Of a stretch of DNA of 64,000 nt, positions 34,452 through 44,872 are shown piece by piece. The notes beneath the pieces are model-generated. The model saw only the letters and a list, made by a program, of their open reading frames with translations, ran no database searches and was not told the DNA's origin. The position numbers and the translations under genes were made by a program. Source of the stretch: Methanotrichaceae archaeon (GTDB lineage: Archaea; Halobacteriota; Methanosarcinia; Methanotrichales; Methanotrichaceae); the NCBI GenBank assembly GCA_963748825.1, contig CAVVKN010000023.1:224001-288000 (forward strand), given 5' to 3'. Numbering within the stretch: the first letter of the stretch is position 1; every line of letters begins with the position of its first letter.

Positions 34452-34672
34452 AGCCCCTCCCCCTCAGCAGTATCGTATCTTGAGTCCGTCGCCCCGGCGG
34501 CTTGTCCAAGGCTCGCCGATAAAAAGGACCGGCAGCCAGGCTGATTATGGTTGCGCCGCAGCAGCGGGAAGCCCCCGTAGGGCCGCAGCCTTAATCTGCC
34601 TGGCTGACGAGCAGAAGGCGAGCCTGGTGCCGCTGGGGACGGACCTGACGATACTGCTGAGGTCCTGGGGCT
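34452..34672 (+). other. ~220-nt rod-shaped imperfect hairpin (structured RNA or ssDNA element)
   Basis: Nested stems including a perfect 15 bp (34462-34476/34648-34662) and two 9-bp stems; G-T wobbles on the + strand. Confidence 0.8.
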
Positions 34673-34829
34673 AAAGCCGGTCTGGCTCGTGCTCCTGGCC
34701 CTTGGACATTCGATATCATTGAAAGGAAGGTCTATCAGCCCGTAAAGCTCGTAGACCAAACAGAAACATGGAGTGAACCCCTCCGAGTGGACAATGAGTT
34801 AAGCAACATCAACTCATGGAGGGAAGTAC

Positions 34830-35159
34830 ATGAAAAAGACGAGGCGGCGCTACGACCGAGCATTCAAGATATCAGTAGTAGCTGAACTTGAGAGTGGCAA
34901 ACCTCTCGCTCAGATCGCCCGCGAGCATAGCATCCATCCGGCCCTGCCATCTCGGTGGAGAGAAGAGCTGGCCGAGAATCCCGAAAAAGCATTTAGCGGC
35001 AATGGAAATCAGTATAAAGACCAGGCAAGGATTGCAGAACTTGAGAGGCTGCTAGGCCAAGCTCATGCCGAGATCGATCTTTTAAAAAAAGCCTTCGCCA
35101 TGACCCAAAAGAAGGTCCGGGAGGAGAGATTAAAACCGACACTGAGGGACGGTACATGA
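34830..35159 (+). CDS. IS3 transposase OrfA
   Basis: RRRYDRAFK HTH start, leucine zipper, A7G slippery site at 35084-35091 with the -1 frame open into orfB. Confidence 0.9.
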   Translation: MKKTRRRYDRAFKISVVAELESGKPLAQIAREHSIHPALPSRWREELAENPEKAFSGNGNQYKDQARIAELERLLGQAHAEIDLLKKAFAMTQKKVREERLKPTLRDGT

Positions 35160-36025
35160 CTATCCAGGATGCCCAATCAGGCGGCCTTCAGTTGCCAATA
35201 TCTCAATCCTGTCAATCACTCGAAGTGAGTCGCAGCGGCTACTACAAATGGCGGGTACAACCAAAAAGGGTTCCATATGTGAATATGGATCTGAAGAACC
35301 AGATTCAAGAGATCGCTCTGGAATTTACTGGCTATGGTTACAGGAGGATGACGGCAGAACTCCGATACAGGGGCTATGTCGTTAACCACAAACGCGTGCT
35401 GGACCTGATGCGACAGGATAACCTTCTGTGCCTGAAGAAGAGATTCAAGCCGATAACGACTGATTCCAGTCATGGACTTCCTGTATATCCAAACCTTCTG
35501 AAGAACATAAAGATAACCGGACTGAACCAGGCCTGGGTCTCAGATATCACATACGTCCAGTTGCTGCATGAGCACATCTATCTCGCGGTGATCCTGGATC
35601 TCTACAGCAGAAAATGCATCGGCTGGGAGCTGAGCAGAAACATTGACCACCGACTGGCTATGAATGCTCTGGCTAAGGCATTAGAAAATCGATGGCCAGA
35701 AGCTGCTCAAGGACTTGTTCATCATTCTGATCAGGGCGTTCAATACGCATCCAAATATTATGTAGATTGTCTTAAAAAGCACAACATCCTGGTTAGCATG
35801 TCTAGAAAAGGAAATCCATACGATAATGCGTTTGCAGAGAGCTTTATCAAAACCCTGAAGGTCGAGGAGGTATATCTGAATGAGTACGGAACGTTTGAAG
35901 AGGCTTATAGAAACATATGGCATTTTATCGAGAAAGTTTACAACAGGAAGAGGCTGCATTCTGCCCTTGGCTATAGATCTCCAGAACAGTTCGAAATGGG
36001 GGTTGCTTTAAGTACTGTTGCTTAA
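35156..36025 (+). CDS. IS3 transposase OrfB (DDE)
   Basis: YGYRR, WVSDITY, HHSDQGVQY, DNAFAESF and RLHSALGY motifs. Confidence 0.93.
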   Translation: MTIQDAQSGGLQLPISQSCQSLEVSRSGYYKWRVQPKRVPYVNMDLKNQIQEIALEFTGYGYRRMTAELRYRGYVVNHKRVLDLMRQDNLLCLKKRFKPITTDSSHGLPVYPNLLKNIKITGLNQAWVSDITYVQLLHEHIYLAVILDLYSRKCIGWELSRNIDHRLAMNALAKALENRWPEAAQGLVHHSDQGVQYASKYYVDCLKKHNILVSMSRKGNPYDNAFAESFIKTLKVEEVYLNEYGTFEEAYRNIWHFIEKVYNRKRLHSALGYRSPEQFEMGVALSTVA

Positions 36026-36051
36026 CTAACTGTCTACTATCAGGGGTTCTA

Positions 36052-36876
36052 AAGAGAGAACTAGAAGAAGAACGCTTGAAGATAGAGGAACCTGAAAGAT
36101 ACATTCAGATGAAACAGGAAGAGGAGCAATCAAAGAAAGAACAAAAAGAGAAACAAGAAGAGAATTTAAAAAGGATACGAGCAGAATATTTAAAGAAGAA
36201 ACAGGAAGAGGAGCGCTTAAAGAACGAACCGGAGCGCCTAAAAAGGGAACGAGAAGAATGGCGCTTAGAGATAGAACAAACAAAAGAGCGCCTAAAAAGG
36301 GAACGAGAAGAATGGCGCTTAAAGAAAGAACAAGAAGAAGAAGAAAAGCGCTTGAAGATAGAAGAACCTGAAAGATACTTCAAGATGAAACAGGTACTAG
36401 AAGAACGCTTGAAGATAGAAGAACCTGAAAGATACTTTAAGCCGAAACTGGAAGAGGAGCGCTTAAAGAGGATGCGAGAAGAATATTTAAAAAGGAAACA
36501 AGACGAGAATTCAAAGCGGGAACAGGAAGTAGAGCGCTTAAAAAGGATGCGAGAAGAATATTTAAAGTGGAAACAAGAAGAGAATTCAAAGCGGGAACAG
36601 GAAGTTGAGCGCTTAAAGAGGAATCAAGAAGAGTATTTAATGCGGCAACAAGAAGAGAATTTAAAGAAGAAACAGGAAGAAGAGCTAATAAAGGAACAAG
36701 AAGAGGAGCGCTTAAAAAAGGAACGAGAAGAAGAGCGCCTGAAGATAGAGGAACCTGAAAGATACTTCAAGATGAAACAGGAAGATGAGCGCTTAAAGAA
36801 TGAGCGAGTACGATGTGTCCCCTTTTATAACACGAAAGATGAAGACCAGATAATGGCGCTTTTTCGGGATGCTTAA
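36052..36876 (+). pseudogene. 5'-truncated Glu/Lys/Arg-rich repeat (coiled-coil) ORF
   Basis: Repeated EEERLKIEEPERYF and ERLKRMREEYL units; frame is open up to the IS3 right end. Confidence 0.65.
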
Positions 36877-37060
36877 ACCCAGGCATCGACATAGTTGGGA
36901 TCTAGCGTGAGAGTCTTGTCGAAGCACTTGATTGCTGAATCGTAAACCCTTTCATTAGAATAGGCAACGCCCTTATTGTGCAATCTTCTGCGGTCTGCTG
37001 ACATTGTGCTGATGTCATCACTACGAGCAGAAGGACGAAAGCGGCAGATATCAATCTCAT
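36873..37060 (-). pseudogene. Secreted TPR protein remnant
   Basis: Signal peptide ...SAQCQQTAED, then after a frameshift HNKGVAY...YDSAIKCFDKTLTLDPNYVDAW, one TPR before a stop. Confidence 0.7.
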
Positions 37061-37277
37061 GAGATCGAGGAAGTGCTTAAAGAAGATATGTTTGTCGGGT
37101 TCTGAATTTCCTTGATGCATCTGCTTCATCTCGCATCTATAATAGCCACTTGAAGCCTCTATACAGTTCACGTTCCCCGTTAAATTTTTATTTTTATCGC
37201 AATACCCCGATGCTTGCTGCGCGGGTACGCCGTCGTTTCACTTTGTGAGAAGTTTGAGTCTCAGCGAGCAAACCCCC

Positions 37278-40200
37278 CTATTTCCCCCAGGCCTTCTCCA
37301 CCAGCCCCCATCCCCTGTCCCTGGTGTAGCTCTGCAAGACCTCCTGCACCAGAACCATGAACTGCTCCTGAGTCAAGCTAAGCTGTGCTGCCAGCCTCTC
37401 CACCAGCGGCTCGACATTCTTCACATCATCGCTCTTGATGCTCCTCAAGACTATGGCAGCCAGCGCCATGAGCCGCAGACCTTCCTGCATCTTATCCTGC
37501 TGCACGGCCAGTGCTCCGAGCTGGAAGAAGGCTCCCGCCTCGCCGGGTCTATCGGCCAGCTCTTGATTGATCCGCAGGGCTTTCTGGAAGCTTTCTACCG
37601 CCGTCTCTTTCTCTCCTGCCTGGGAATGGATCATGCCGAGGCTGTGCCAAATTGCGGCCTCGCCGGCCCGGTCGCCCATCTCCTGAAAAAGCGGCAGAGC
37701 CCTGGCATACTCCGCTCCTGCCTGCGGGAAGTCGCCCTTCTCCAGATCGAGGCTGGCCAGGTTAAAGAGAGCAAAAGCAGCGCCCTTCCTGTCTCCGGCT
37801 TCCTCCAGCAGCCCCTGTGATCTCACGATTCTCTGGCGCGCACCGTCATAATCACACCTGCTCATATCCAGGCGGCCCATCTCCTGCAAAGCCGCAGCCT
37901 CGCCCTTCTTATCTCCCAGGATCAACATGATCTCTACAATCTTTTGCAGCTTCTCGGCAGCAGCCACATTCTCGCCTTTTATCATGTCAAGGGAGGCTAA
38001 GCTGCTCAGGCTGGCCGCCTCACCCGAGGGGTCGCAGGCGTTATGAAATGCATCAGCAGCCTTTTGCAGGCTAACTCTTGCCAGGTCGTACTTTTCCTGG
38101 TGCATGAGGGCCGTGCCCTGGCCGTGGTAGGCAGCAGCGTCCGGGGCGATTTGCAGTGCCCGACCGTACCACTCGGCTGCTTTTCTGTATTCGCCCTGAT
38201 CCAGATGGGCCTTTGCGATCCAGAGCAGCGGGTACTGACGATTGCTTGTCCAGATCCAGTAGTTCCTGATTAAGCCTTATCAGCTCATAGTAGTAGCCGC
38301 GTCTCTGCAGATAGCCGCTGATGCGGGCCGTCACATTGATGGCACTGCCTAGATCCTCCGCCGCCAGATAGTGACCGCGCGCTTCCAGCAAGACGTCCAA
38401 GCGGGAGAGCCCCAGCTCTGCAGAGCGCCCGGCCTCGGCCAGGTTTCTAAGAAATTGGCCGGCCGCCTTTTGCGCGGCGTGCTTATCCTCCGAACCTAGA
38501 GCCGCCAGAAGTGAGGCACGAATGGTTGAGGGCAGCGCCCACAGCGTTCCCGCGGCGTACGCTAACGAGAGAAACTGCCACGCGCGCCGCGTTGGCTTTT
38601 GCCTGATCTTGCGTCAGGCCCAAGACGGCTGCCAGGCCGTCTGGGCTCATGGCAATGTTGTAGACCGCAGCCTGAGAGAGGGCATGAGCGGAGGCAGAGT
38701 CCAGGCGAGAGATGAGCTTGGCCAACGGGTCTTCATTGGCAGCGAGATCTCCCAGGCCCAGGGCTTTACCTGTTTGGGCCAGGCGAGCCGGATGGCCCGA
38801 AGCGGCAGTTGTAGTGCGCGGCAAGAGCGGCATAGGTGATCTCGCCTTTTTTATAGCGATCCGCCAGGCCCCCGTCCCGGAGAAGATATCTAATGAATGA
38901 CGCCTGGCCCAGGCCCTCCAGCTTCCACTGCCAGGCGCGGGCCGGCAAGGTCAGAGCATCAGCAGGCATTGCCCTGCAGGTGATGATGGCGCGCCCGGCA
39001 GTCATGCCTTTTAGCATCTGCAAGTAGAACTCGGCCAGATCCGGGTCGGAAATCTTTGCCGGTCTTGCCGTCCAGGTCCAGGCCGTCCCAAACCATCAGA
39101 ATGCGAGAGGCTTTCAGCACTTCCAGCCAGCTCTTTAGCCGCTCCCTGACAGAGCGCAGCGGGTCTTTGAGGCTTTTTGCCGCGGCCTCTTCACCCATTT
39201 TGCTCAAATGGCCCACGGCTGCCTCCAGAAGCCGGGCGGAAGTTATGCGGTTATGCGGCGAGCTGTAAATGGGCAGAACGCTGTAGCCCGGCCCCAGCAG
39301 GCGGACGAGATGAGCAGCAAGCGCGCTCTTGCCGCTGCCGTCTGGGCCGGTGATGATCAGAGTCTGCACACCACCTTCTCGCAGGGCGGGAATGAGGCGC
39401 TGCAAATCCCGCCTCCGGTCCACAAAACACTCCGCCCGGCCTTCTGTCAGTCCCGGCAGGGCGAGCAGCTCCCGGCAGAGTGGGACCAGCGGCTCTGCAG
39501 CTCTCTTTTGGGAGTCGTAGATCTTCTGGCTGATCATAGATCGAGTACAACGCAGGAACTGAAACAGGTTCCTGAGCAAAAGCCGCAGAAATCTCCCGGC
39601 GCACGGTTAGAAGCGCTTCATCCATTGATTGGCCGGCGGCCAGGGCCCGGTACAGGGGCTTGGCGGCAGAGGCAGGCGCATTCCAGGCCACGGCCAGAGG
39701 AATGCTCTCCGCCAGGCTCTGGCAGAGCAGATGAAGAGCTGAAGGCTGCTCGCTCTGGCCGCTCAGGATTATGCCCGCAATGCCGGAGCCCTTCAGGGCA
39801 GCGGCCAGCATCCTCTGCGAATCGCAAATCGGCCCGGCCCGCCGTTCCCTGCATAGAAAATGCCGCCCTGCCTCCGGACACTTTTCCCTGGACGGACAGG
39901 TGCAGCAGATGGGGCCCGAAGGTCTCTACCTGTTCCAACAGCTCCTCCCAGGTGCCGTCCTCGCTGATGGCGAGAGTCATATCCAAACCCTCTGATACCT
40001 CCAGGATCGACTGCTCTTCCACTTCATAGTCCAGAGGCTCGGCAGCTAAAAAAAGTACCCGCAAAGGCCCCGGCGCCAGCGTGGTCGTGGAAGCAATCGG
40101 ACCGTCCGCGGTTCTGGGCAGGCGAATGATGCTGCACTCTTCACTGCCGCCCGGCTGACTGGAAAGAGGGAGCAGCTCCCAGGGAAGCTGCAGCACCTCC

Positions 40201-40506
40201 GGGATGGACGAGGCAACCGTCAGTCGTGCACCTGGCTGAACCATGGCACTGAAATCCTGCCAGCCAGCCTCCAGGAAAAGATGAAATAATCCGTCACGGA
40301 GGATGGGCAGATAGCTTTTGGCTGCCGCCTTGCCCGTGCCCTGCAAAAGAGAGAAGTACTGAGATGTCATCTCTTGAACCTGCTGAAGTCTGAACCGGCG
40401 TGAGGGTTCTCTCCGCTACGATATTGCCCTCGATTTGGATTTTATAGGCAAAGGTCCTGGCGGCGGCAGTTCCCGCCTCCCATACTGTGATTGTGATATT
40501 TTGCAT
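37278..40506 (-). CDS. CHAT-like domain + STAND P-loop NTPase + TPR protein, multiple frameshifts
   Basis: LPWELL/PLRVLF (CHAT); FVDRRRDL, GPDGSGKS and ILMVWDGLD (STAND); C-terminal GDRxGEA-type TPRs. Confidence 0.75.
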
Positions 40507-40543
40507 TTTTGTTTGTCCTCCTATTTTATTATTAAGATCATAT

Positions 40544-41437
40544 CTATTTCAAGGCGGTCCGGGCCTTCTTCTCGCAATAGTCCTTGGGCTCCAGATGCAC
40601 GACCACATCCCTGACCCCAGAGACCCTGCTCTTTATCATGCTCTCCACATCTTCGCCCACTTTATGAGCATCATCTATGGAAAGCGACGAATCCACACCA
40701 ATATGCAGATCCACATAGATCTCCGCTGCCATGCCGCGGGTGCGAACGCCGTGACAGGTGCAAACGCCCTTTACTGACTTCACCAGATCGACTATCAAGT
40801 TTTCTTCGACCAGAGCTTTATCCAGCAAGACCTTGGAGCTGTCTTTTACAATTTCCAGGCCAGTTAATAGGATCAGGCCGCAGATAAGCAGAGCTATGAC
40901 CGGATCGGCCAGAGGATAGCCCATATTGACGGCAAATAGTCCCAGAATGACGCCAAGGGATGCGAAAATGTCGCTTCGCGTATGCAGGGAATCTGCTACC
41001 AGGATGCTGCTCTTCAGCCTCTTGCCCAGGATATATTCGTAAGCCGAGACGCCGATATTTATGAGCAGGGTTATGCCCATAACCGCGAAAGACAGCTCGG
41101 TTATCTGGGGTAGGGAATGGCTATTCAGGCGATTTACGGCCGCCAGGACCAGTTGAATCGAGCTGGCAAATAGCAGCACGGCTATCCCCAGAGAGGCAAA
41201 TGTTTCAAACTTGGCATGGCCGTAGGGATATTCCTTGTTGGGAGGGCGGGCCGCCAGGGAGATGCCAACCATGCCGATGATGTTGGATAAGCCGTCGAAG
41301 AGAGAATGCAGGCCGTCTGCGCTCATGCTGAGCGAATTGGTGAGAAGGCCATAGCCCAACTTGGCCAATGCGGTGGCTATGTTAATTACGAATATTATTA
41401 TCAGGATGCGCCGAACCGTCTCATAATAGGCCATCAC
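40544..41437 (-). CDS. Cation diffusion facilitator transporter
   Basis: ADGLHSLFD, YPYGHAKFE, ADSLHTRSD and VVVHLEP motifs. Confidence 0.92.
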   Translation of the reverse strand: MMAYYETVRRILIIIFVINIATALAKLGYGLLTNSLSMSADGLHSLFDGLSNIIGMVGISLAARPPNKEYPYGHAKFETFASLGIAVLLFASSIQLVLAAVNRLNSHSLPQITELSFAVMGITLLINIGVSAYEYILGKRLKSSILVADSLHTRSDIFASLGVILGLFAVNMGYPLADPVIALLICGLILLTGLEIVKDSSKVLLDKALVEENLIVDLVKSVKGVCTCHGVRTRGMAAEIYVDLHIGVDSSLSIDDAHKVGEDVESMIKSRVSGVRDVVVHLEPKDYCEKKARTALK

Positions 41438-41495
41438 GATAGATATGCAGGGGAAGCGATAAATAATTATTTAGCCTGGCTGCAGAATCGCCTTC

Positions 41496-41780
41496 CTGAT
41501 CCTGAAGCGGGACAATTCTGATCTGATCGATTTTTGCCGGGAGAAGGGACTGATACTGCAGTTCATCGAGCTACTGGACCAGCGCCACCGGGGGCTTTCG
41601 GGCGACATCGACGCCATAGAGCGCCGCCTGGCCACGCGGGCGGAGCGCGTACGCACGCGGGAGATGCACCGGCGCAAGAAATACTTCCTGGATGGAGCAG
41701 AGGTTGAGGTGGTGCGGCCCATGGACAACACCGAAGTTTTGCGCCAACTGCACGCGCTTACATGTGAGCTCGGACGCCGG
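41496..41780 (+). pseudogene. moaA: Fragment of GTP 3',8-cyclase C-terminal region
   Basis: LQFIEL...MHRRKKYFLDGAEVEVVRPMDNTE, then FCANCTRL in another frame. Confidence 0.75.
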
Positions 41781-42084
41781 TTCGGCTCAATTATCCCGCT
41801 TTTTCAATCCTGGTGGCTCTCAACCGCCAACTACAAATATCTATAACGATTATATGAATAGTTTGCCGCTTCATGCCATTGAATAGGGTGGCGGGCGTGC
41901 CGTGGGCTTAACGTATCTGATGATGCTCTGATGACAAGGGTGTTTGCTTCACCATGAAGCAACATGCTGCCAGCTCCTAAAGGCTGGATGGGCTTGATCC
42001 CTTGGTACAGGAGATGCATGCCGTCGTGGCACTGCATTTGGCTACGGGCCTGTGAGGCTGATATTTCGGCGGGCTGAAAAAGTT

Positions 42085-42360
42085 GCGCGCTGTAACAGGC
42101 GCAGTAATCCGCCGGATCTCACGCTAATACACGGTCGGGGCATGAAGCGGCACAAGTCAGAAGTCGAAGGCGAGAGGGCGGGCACGAGGCCCCATGAGAA
42201 CGGGTTCCCGTAAAACGGACGCTGTGTGAGATTCCAGCGCTTGTGCCGCCTTCGAAGCCCGGTTTAAAGTCGAGCTTCGGGCAGGGTCAGGCCGTCACTT
42301 CGCGGTGATTGGCTCCTCCTAAAAGGACGCTGTGGATTGGCGCTGGCCCGCCTGGGACTT
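42085..42360 (+). ncRNA. Candidate structured non-coding tract
   Basis: GCGGCACAAG (42147-42156) pairs with CTTGTGCCGC (42240-42249); further hairpins follow; no credible ORF. Confidence 0.35.
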
Positions 42361-42822
42361 GATATCTCTTTCTCTTGATGATTTCTCTCTTGGGTGGAGA
42401 ATGGTCTTTTCTAACTTGAAGCGAAAGCCTTTTATCTCGGCAATTGACGTATAGTGTATTGGCGAAAGTCGATGGCTATTTTTCCCTCCTACATCCAATT
42501 GACTTTCTCCTCCCTCCTTCTTATCCATCTTTCATGAGATCCTACAGCATCCTGCCTCCGCTTTCTCAAAGAAAGACTTATAGCCTGACTCGTCCTTATT
42601 CTCTCCAGAACGCCAGCCATTAGGAGGAGAGAGGCAATAAGTCGGAGCTATGGGGCTTGAGGACTGGCCAGGCCCGCAGCTCCATTTATCTCATTCAGCA
42701 TAATCGATTTTATGGGCTCGCTACTTTTCTGATAGGAATGCACATTACACGCACCACGTTATACAATCATTCCAAACATTATTTATAAAACTAATAATTT
42801 AAATTTAGGAGCGACCGGATTT

Positions 42823-42996
42823 TCAGGGCTTATCTCCTGCAAGGAATCCGGGCAACTTAGACCGCATATACGCCTCTCGGCGGTGGTTGGGACTGACTTT
42901 GAGGTATATGCCCGTTGTGGCCAGGGACGACATGCCCTAGCTGGTCCTGTAGGTTGCCCACAGGTACGCCGCTATCCAGGCTCCAGACGGCGAAAA
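42823..42996 (-). pseudogene. Tyrosine recombinase C-terminal remnant
   Basis: FAVWSLDSGVP..LQDQLGH / SLATTGIYL (LGH...T..Y) split by a frameshift. Confidence 0.7.
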
Positions 42997-43220
42997 GGAA
43001 GACCTCATTACTTTTAAGCGTACGTGGTCGTCGTGCCAATGTATATGCAATGTTAGTATTATGGCCTAGAACTACTTGCTTCTTTTCAAGCAGAAGTCTA
43101 AGATGTTTATAATTGGGTAAAAATTTGAGGCTGTCATCACCACATTATCAACGAGATTAGCATTAGGTCTCCCAACACCTTTATTAATCAAGTTACCATT
43201 TCCAGAAGGAGGCTTGAATT

Positions 43221-43964
43221 ATGGAATTCCTTGACATTATGAGCATCTCACACCGCTATATGGAGATACTAAACCCTTCCACGCCTGAAAAGATCATCAA
43301 ACTTGGCAAATTACTCAAATTGAAAAAAGGAAACCGGGTCATTGACTTCGGTTGTGGTTGTGCCGGACCCCTTACTCTTTGGGCTGAGGAATTCGGTATT
43401 ACTGGTATTGGAATAGATATATCCGAGGATTTCTGCGACAGGGCTAGGCAAAAACTGGCTTCGAAAGGTTTATCGGACCGAATCGAAATCGTTTGCTCCA
43501 ATGGGGCTGATTACGTATTCGAAGAAGGGGTTTTCGATGCCGCAACATGTATTGGGTCAACGTTTATTTTTGGCGGCTGCCAGCAGACAATCCAAGTACT
43601 GAAGCGAGCTGTTCATCAGAATGGACGCCTTGGTATCGGTGAAACCCACTGGCTTAGCAATCAGGTACATCCGGTATACGCCCAAAAACAGACAACTACC
43701 CATACAGAAACGGAACTAACTCAATTTACCCGGGATGAAGGCTTTGAACTCGAATACATCATTCGTGCCAGCTACGACGACTGGGACAGGTACATTTCGG
43801 ATGGTTGGTATGGACTGATACGTTGGCTCGAAGAAAATCCCACCCACACTGACTATGAACAGGTATTCAAGCATTTCCGTACTGACCAGGATGATTATTT
43901 ACAGTTCCAACGCCAATATATGGGTTGGGCCATGTACTGCCTCGCTCCCATGAAATCTCGTTGA
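43221..43964 (+). CDS. Class I SAM-dependent methyltransferase
   Basis: VIDFGCG, GIDIS and FDAATCIG motifs; AGGAGG RBS; low GC. Confidence 0.88.
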   Translation: MEFLDIMSISHRYMEILNPSTPEKIIKLGKLLKLKKGNRVIDFGCGCAGPLTLWAEEFGITGIGIDISEDFCDRARQKLASKGLSDRIEIVCSNGADYVFEEGVFDAATCIGSTFIFGGCQQTIQVLKRAVHQNGRLGIGETHWLSNQVHPVYAQKQTTTHTETELTQFTRDEGFELEYIIRASYDDWDRYISDGWYGLIRWLEENPTHTDYEQVFKHFRTDQDDYLQFQRQYMGWAMYCLAPMKSR

Positions 43965-44467
43965 CATGTAGTCATCTATGAAAATATTTTTTATTGACAC
44001 TGCTTAGGCACACTTGTATATGCTACCACCCTAGAGCAGACGTCTTAAATTTAAGTATTTTTATATAATAATTTCCCGAATAAAATAATTTCCAGCCAAG
44101 TTTATTTGTATTGGTCTTCTAGAATATTATTTCCGCATGCTAACCATGAAACTAGCGCGTAGAACCATACTTATCGAGCAGACTGATGTTGCGCGGCGGA
44201 TTTTATTTTTGATTTTTGTCGCTATGGGTTGCGATTTTCCGATAACGGGCAATTGTCGATAAATCATTCCATGGTGTCCTAGAATGATAATTTGCCAGAA
44301 GCGAATTTGTTACCATCCAAGCCAAAAGAGAAAATTGGCTGGAAGATTTGCAGGTTATACGCACATCTCTTCTTATCGAGACGCTCTTAGATCCATGCAC
44401 TCACCGGCCAAACCAATAATCAAGCCTCTTTTAGATCCGTGCATTCACCGGCCCGAATCCATGCAGA

Positions 44468-44800
44468 TCATACGCCTCCTTCACCAGGGGCCAGCGCCAC
44501 GGTGGCGTAGATCTCCGTCGTGGACAGCCTCTTTGTGCCCCCACCCGGCTTCTGGATCATGGGCACCGGCACGCCTGGCATGAGCGCATTCACCACATGG
44601 CTGTGGGGCGTGACCTTCCTCCTGGAGAGCTTCTGCCTGGGCGAGATCTCCTGGATCCCGACCTCTTCTGCCAGGCGGCCCATGGTCCGGAGCACCGTCT
44701 TGGTGCACAGGTGTCCCGAGCTCCGGTCAGGGAAGAGCCACACCTGGCCGGGCTGCAGGCTCTCCCTGATGACCTGCAGAGTGGTCTGGCTCACCCGGGC
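44468..44800 (-). pseudogene. Tyrosine recombinase remnant
   Basis: WLFP...KVTPHSH (HxxR partly deleted)...GVPVPMIQK...STTEIY. Confidence 0.75.
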
Positions 44801-44872
44801 GGCCCCGCTTCACAGATCAGATTGCTAGAACAAGCAAGAAGCATAATAATCTTCAAAATATCTACCGGGAAT

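Larger units (their letters stand above)
34774..36050 (+). mobile_element. IS3-family insertion sequence
   Basis: 35-bp imperfect terminal IRs TGAACCCCT..AGTTAAGCAACA / TGTTGCTTAACT..AGGGGTTCT enclosing orfA and orfB. Confidence 0.92.

Noticed and set aside
34077-34544. 155-aa ORF and the overlapping 34448..34759 ORF
   Set aside because: No motifs; the region is better explained by gene scraps and the hairpin
34452-34672. SRP RNA, RNase P RNA or attC identity for the rod
   Set aside because: Lacks the SRP helix-8 CAGG/GGAA/AGCA motif and the RNase P GAGGAAAGUCC motif; too long for attC, with no clear RYYYAAC/GTTRRRY ends
36052-36800. Repeats as a possible CRISPR array
   Set aside because: In-frame coding repeats of variable length without unique spacers
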